From Piromyces finnis finn (taxonomy: Eukaryota; Fungi; Neocallimastigomycota): a stretch of DNA of 64,000 nucleotides. Positions 60,041 to 64,000 of this stretch are shown here, in pieces. The stretch lies in contig MCFH01000010.1 in NCBI GenBank assembly GCA_002104945.1, positions 434,001 to 498,000 on the forward strand. The letters are read 5' to 3'. The translations under genes were made by a program, and so were the position numbers. The stretch's first letter is position 1, and each line of letters starts with the position of its first letter. Under the pieces are notes generated by a model. It did no database searches, was not told the origin of the DNA, and saw only the letters and a program-made list of their open reading frames with translations.

Positions 60041-61796
60041 TTCTAAAAAGAATTTAAAGTTTTAATATAATTGATTTTAATTGATGTTATTTATATTTAA
60101 TTGTTAATGGTATATTTATATTTTATTATTTAAAAGGTAAATTAATTAATTTTTTTTTATGAAGAGTATAATGCTAAGCGAATAAAATCACTATAATTAT
60201 AGCCTACAATATTAAAAGTATATTCCTATAATAATATTTATTAAATAAATACTCTCAATAAACAGTTATAGTAAAATTAAAAAAAATACCATATTATAAT
60301 ATTTTGTAACTATTTAAATATAGAATACAATATACTACTATCAAATTGTTATGTATTTTTCACAGATTTTAAAATATAAAATTACTATATATAGTAAAAA
60401 AAATATTTTTATTTTTTTATTTTCTTAATTCACTGTAGTAATATGTATTAAGATTTTGAAATATACTCTCAAAAACTGGAAATCATTAACACTAAAATTT
60501 TTTCTTCTTTTTTTTTAATCTATATAATAAACTTTAATAATTTTATAATAAATTTATAATAAATTTAAAAATACAGAAATATTGTAACTTTAATATTCAA
60601 ATATTTTTCTGTATAATGGTAATAAAAAAAAAAGTTAGATTTGCTTAATTTTTAAAATAAATATATTATAAACTATATTATATGATTTGAATTTTTACAT
60701 ACATCCTCTATTGTATTAGTATTCTTAATATCAGAATATTAATTCTTTTTAAATAACTTTAATAATTTGTAATTCTCGGTGATCAATTTATTTATTTTGA
60801 GTAAAAAAAGTTAATAAATAATATCAACAGAAAATTTATTCTATTATTAGTATAAAATAATAATAATAGTAGTAATAATGGATATTTTTTATTAAATCCT
60901 AAGGATTAAATATAAAAAAAATATTTTAAATATATATATTGATGTAATAGTAATCCTATTAATTAGAGTAAAAATATTAAATATAAAGTATTTTCATTAT
61001 TAATTATCATTATTCATAATTAAAGTAATATATGATTAAAGTTATATATTTCTGTCACGATTTTATAAATTAATAATTTAAAAATCAAAAAATCAATAAG
61101 TAAAACTTATGGAATAATATCTATTTCTAAAGTATATAATAAAAAAGCCTTTGACTCATTGGAATATTTATATCATGGATTAACTTTAAAGTTTTTTATG
61201 ATTATTACTTTAATATTAATCCACAGTATAAATATCTTTATTAGTCAAAAGTTTCATATTTTTAAAATTAAATATATATATATACAATAAGTATAATGTA
61301 ATATATTTGTTATAATAAAAATATTAAAGTATAGGTAATACTTTCGGTAATAATTTTATATGTTCTATTATCATATTTCTCTTAAAAATTTTTTTTATCT
61401 TATATATTCTAATTATATTTAATAAATTATAAAGCATAATGTTTATTTAGATTTTATATTTATATACTATAAAATAAATATTATAAATTAACTAATATAT
61501 TATAAATATAAACGTCTTATTCTTTGATATCTTTATAAAAACTATATTATATAAATTCGTATATTCAAACTAAATATATTTAAATAAGTTTAAAATAACT
61601 TTAGTATTTCTATATCTATATAATATACATAATTTATTAATCATCTTTTTCAATAGTCTGTGCCATTAAGATTTAGTTCTTTAATGTAAATATCTTTTAA
61701 AGATATTTATATTATCATTAATAATAATAAAAGATAATTTTCTGACTAATATTGACAAAATTATAAATTAATTTAATAGATTAATTAAAATTTTAA

Positions 61797-61798
<2 letters not shown>

Positions 61799-61873
<75 letters not shown>
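61799..61873. repeat. (AAT)n microsatellite, about 25 copies
   Basis: Seen directly. Confidence 0.95.
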
Positions 61874-61874
<1 letters not shown>

Positions 61875-62564
61875 GATAAAATAGAAATATATATTAATGA
61901 AAGTAAAAAAAAAAAAAAAAATTAAATAACTTAACCTTAATTAAAAAATATATAAATATTTAAAGGTTAAGTTATATAAATTCTATTTTAACAAATATAA
62001 TAATATAAATTTTTAAAAAAATGAAACTGATGAATATTAATAATATTGTGTTAAATTCTTTTTTTATTTTTATTTTTTATTCATTTATCCGATAAACTAA
62101 AATAAACAAATGATAATATGATATACATTTTCTATAATTTAAATTAATAATTTAGAATGAAGGAAGAAAATGAAAAAAAAAAAAGAAAGAAAAGAAAAAT
62201 AGAAAAAAAAAAGGTATTAGAAAATAGTAAAGTATGTATACTGATAATTTTTTAATTCTTCTTTCTATGTAAATTATATAAAAGATTTATATTTAAAATA
62301 GAAAAAATTATGTTATATTATTAATTTTAATATGTAATGAAATATATATATATATAATGTATAAATTTTTAACTGATAAAATATAACTACATTTTTTTTT
62401 GCTAAAATAAAAAAAAAAAAAATGAAATATGATGTGTTAATTAATTGTCTATTTCTATATAATTGTTAATAATATTTTTTTCTTTTATAAAAATAATTTA
62501 TATCATTATCATTTATCATTTTTTTTAATTTTTTTCTTTTTTAAAAAAAAATCTAAATGAATAT

Positions 62565-64000
62565 TTATTGTCTTGGATGTAATAATAATACTGAGTGTTG
62601 ACCTCCAGCTTCTGCCTTAATTACTTTTCTGCCCTTTAAATCAATAATTGTTGGTTTTTCTTCATCATTACCGCTGTTACCTAATTGTCCACATTCACCA
62701 TATCCCCAAGCCATAAAATCACCATCCTTAGTAACACCTAAGGAAAAAGCTGAACCACAAGAAACACTAACTAAATTCTTTAATTCTGGAGCTAAAGTTG
62801 GTGAATAATGTGGTTTATTATCACCAAGGCCAAGTTGATAGGAATCATTTCTTCCAAAGGCATAAGCATCACCTTTTTTTTTAATATTCAATTATATAAT
62901 AATAACAATGTTTATATAAAATATTAATTATATACCATTAGTTATTTTAATATATACTTATTCCATAATATGAAAGAATAAAGAAAATAAAAATATTTAT
63001 AATATACTACATTTTTTTTAAACTTACCATTTTCTCCTAGTATAATAGTGTGATGTTCTCCAACACCGATATCTTTAATAACAAAACCTTCTGGTAATTC
63101 AACTTGTTCTGGTTGTTCACGAGAAATTTCATCTCCTAAACCACTATTAATTATAATATTTTTTTTTAAATTAAACATTCATTAATGTCTATTAAAATAT
63201 ATTCATATTTTTTAATCAATCAACAAATTATATGTTAAATTATGATATCGTACAGTTGACCATAGTTATTTAAACCAAAAGTAAAAACTTCATTATTATT
63301 AGTGACGGCAAATGTATGGTAACCTCCAGAATAAACTTTAACAAATTTCTTAGCTCTGGAGAAGTTAATAGCTCTTGGAATTAAAGATGATCCAACCTTA
63401 TGACGTTCCATAATCTTTCTACCTAATTCTCCATGTTCACCAACACCCCATGTATAAAGCTTACCATTAACGGTAATAGCAGCGATATGATTAGCACCAG
63501 CAGCAATTGAAATTACGTTCTTTATACCTTCAACTTTAACAAACTTTCTTTGTTCTTTAGATGCTGTATCAAAACCAAAAATACCATTATTTGCCTATCA
63601 TTTATTTGTATATCGATGAATTAAATTATATATAAAATATAATCATTATTTATTATTTTATTAGTTTAAGTATTTCTTTTACTTTCCTTTTAGTAATAAT
63701 ATTTTTAATTATCATCTAATACATACTCTGTATGTACCACAAGCATATACTAAACCCTTGTCACTTAAAACAGCTGTAATAGAGTCACCGGCTGCAACTT
63801 CAACAACATGGACTCCTTCTAAACCTTCGACTGGGAAAACTTCAGTTTCTTCATTACCTCTACTTAAACAACCTTGATCATTACAACCCCAAGAATAAAT
63901 TGTTTGAGCATCCTGGATTTATTTTTTTTAATTTATTATTAAAATAATTATTTTATTATTAAATAATCTTTTTTTTTATTCTTTTTCAATATTTTAATTA
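62565..64000 (-). CDS. RCC1: RCC1/Prp20/Pim1 (Ran GEF), 3' part only; exons 63912-63727, 63594-63254, 63143-63028, 62872-62565; the 5' end is outside the window
   Basis: YSWGCNDQGCLSR, VAAGDSITAVL, WGVGEHGELGRKIMER, FGLNNYGQLGLG, FGRNDSYQLGLG, WGYGECGQLG, AGGQHSV; splice phases are consistent. Confidence 0.88.

Overview
This is eukaryotic nuclear DNA, extremely AT-rich (intergenic DNA looks roughly 85-90% AT by eye), with GT-AG introns, Asn-rich low-complexity proteins and long (ATT)n tracts. Together with fungal-type genes, a dynein-assembly gene and an F1-beta with an organellar presequence, this best fits an anaerobic gut fungus (Neocallimastigomycota). That assignment is an inference. I find 13 protein-coding genes and rebuilt exon chains by hand: SEC24 (-), a Sel1-repeat protein with a long N/S/Q-rich N-terminus (+), TFIIF-beta (+), an ankyrin-DHHC palmitoyltransferase (-), F1-ATPase beta (+), a beta-TrCP-like F-box/WD40 gene (-), a tetraspanin (+), an orphan 160-aa putatively myristoylated SUKH-like protein (+), a PX-domain protein (+), NIF3 (-), LRRC6/DNAAF11 (-), glycogenin (-) and a partial RCC1 (-). 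A 12.7-kb gene-free stretch runs from 29.4 to 42.2 kb. I saw no tRNA, rRNA, CRISPR array or intact mobile element. Best leads: (1) the intronless SUKH/GAD-like orphan, resembling a bacterial toxin-immunity fold with an added myristoylation signal; (2) an F1-beta with intact catalytic residues but changes at normally invariant rotor-bearing positions and a ~128-aa leader; (3) about 12 copies of a Phi-S-x-S-Phi motif in the Sel1 protein; (4) AAG at 14 of 34 resolved splice acceptors; (5) paired KR sites in the tetraspanin large loop; (6) a candidate 42-aa membrane microprotein in the desert; (7) an overlapping uORF on the F-box gene. All family calls are motif recognition by eye, not database searches.
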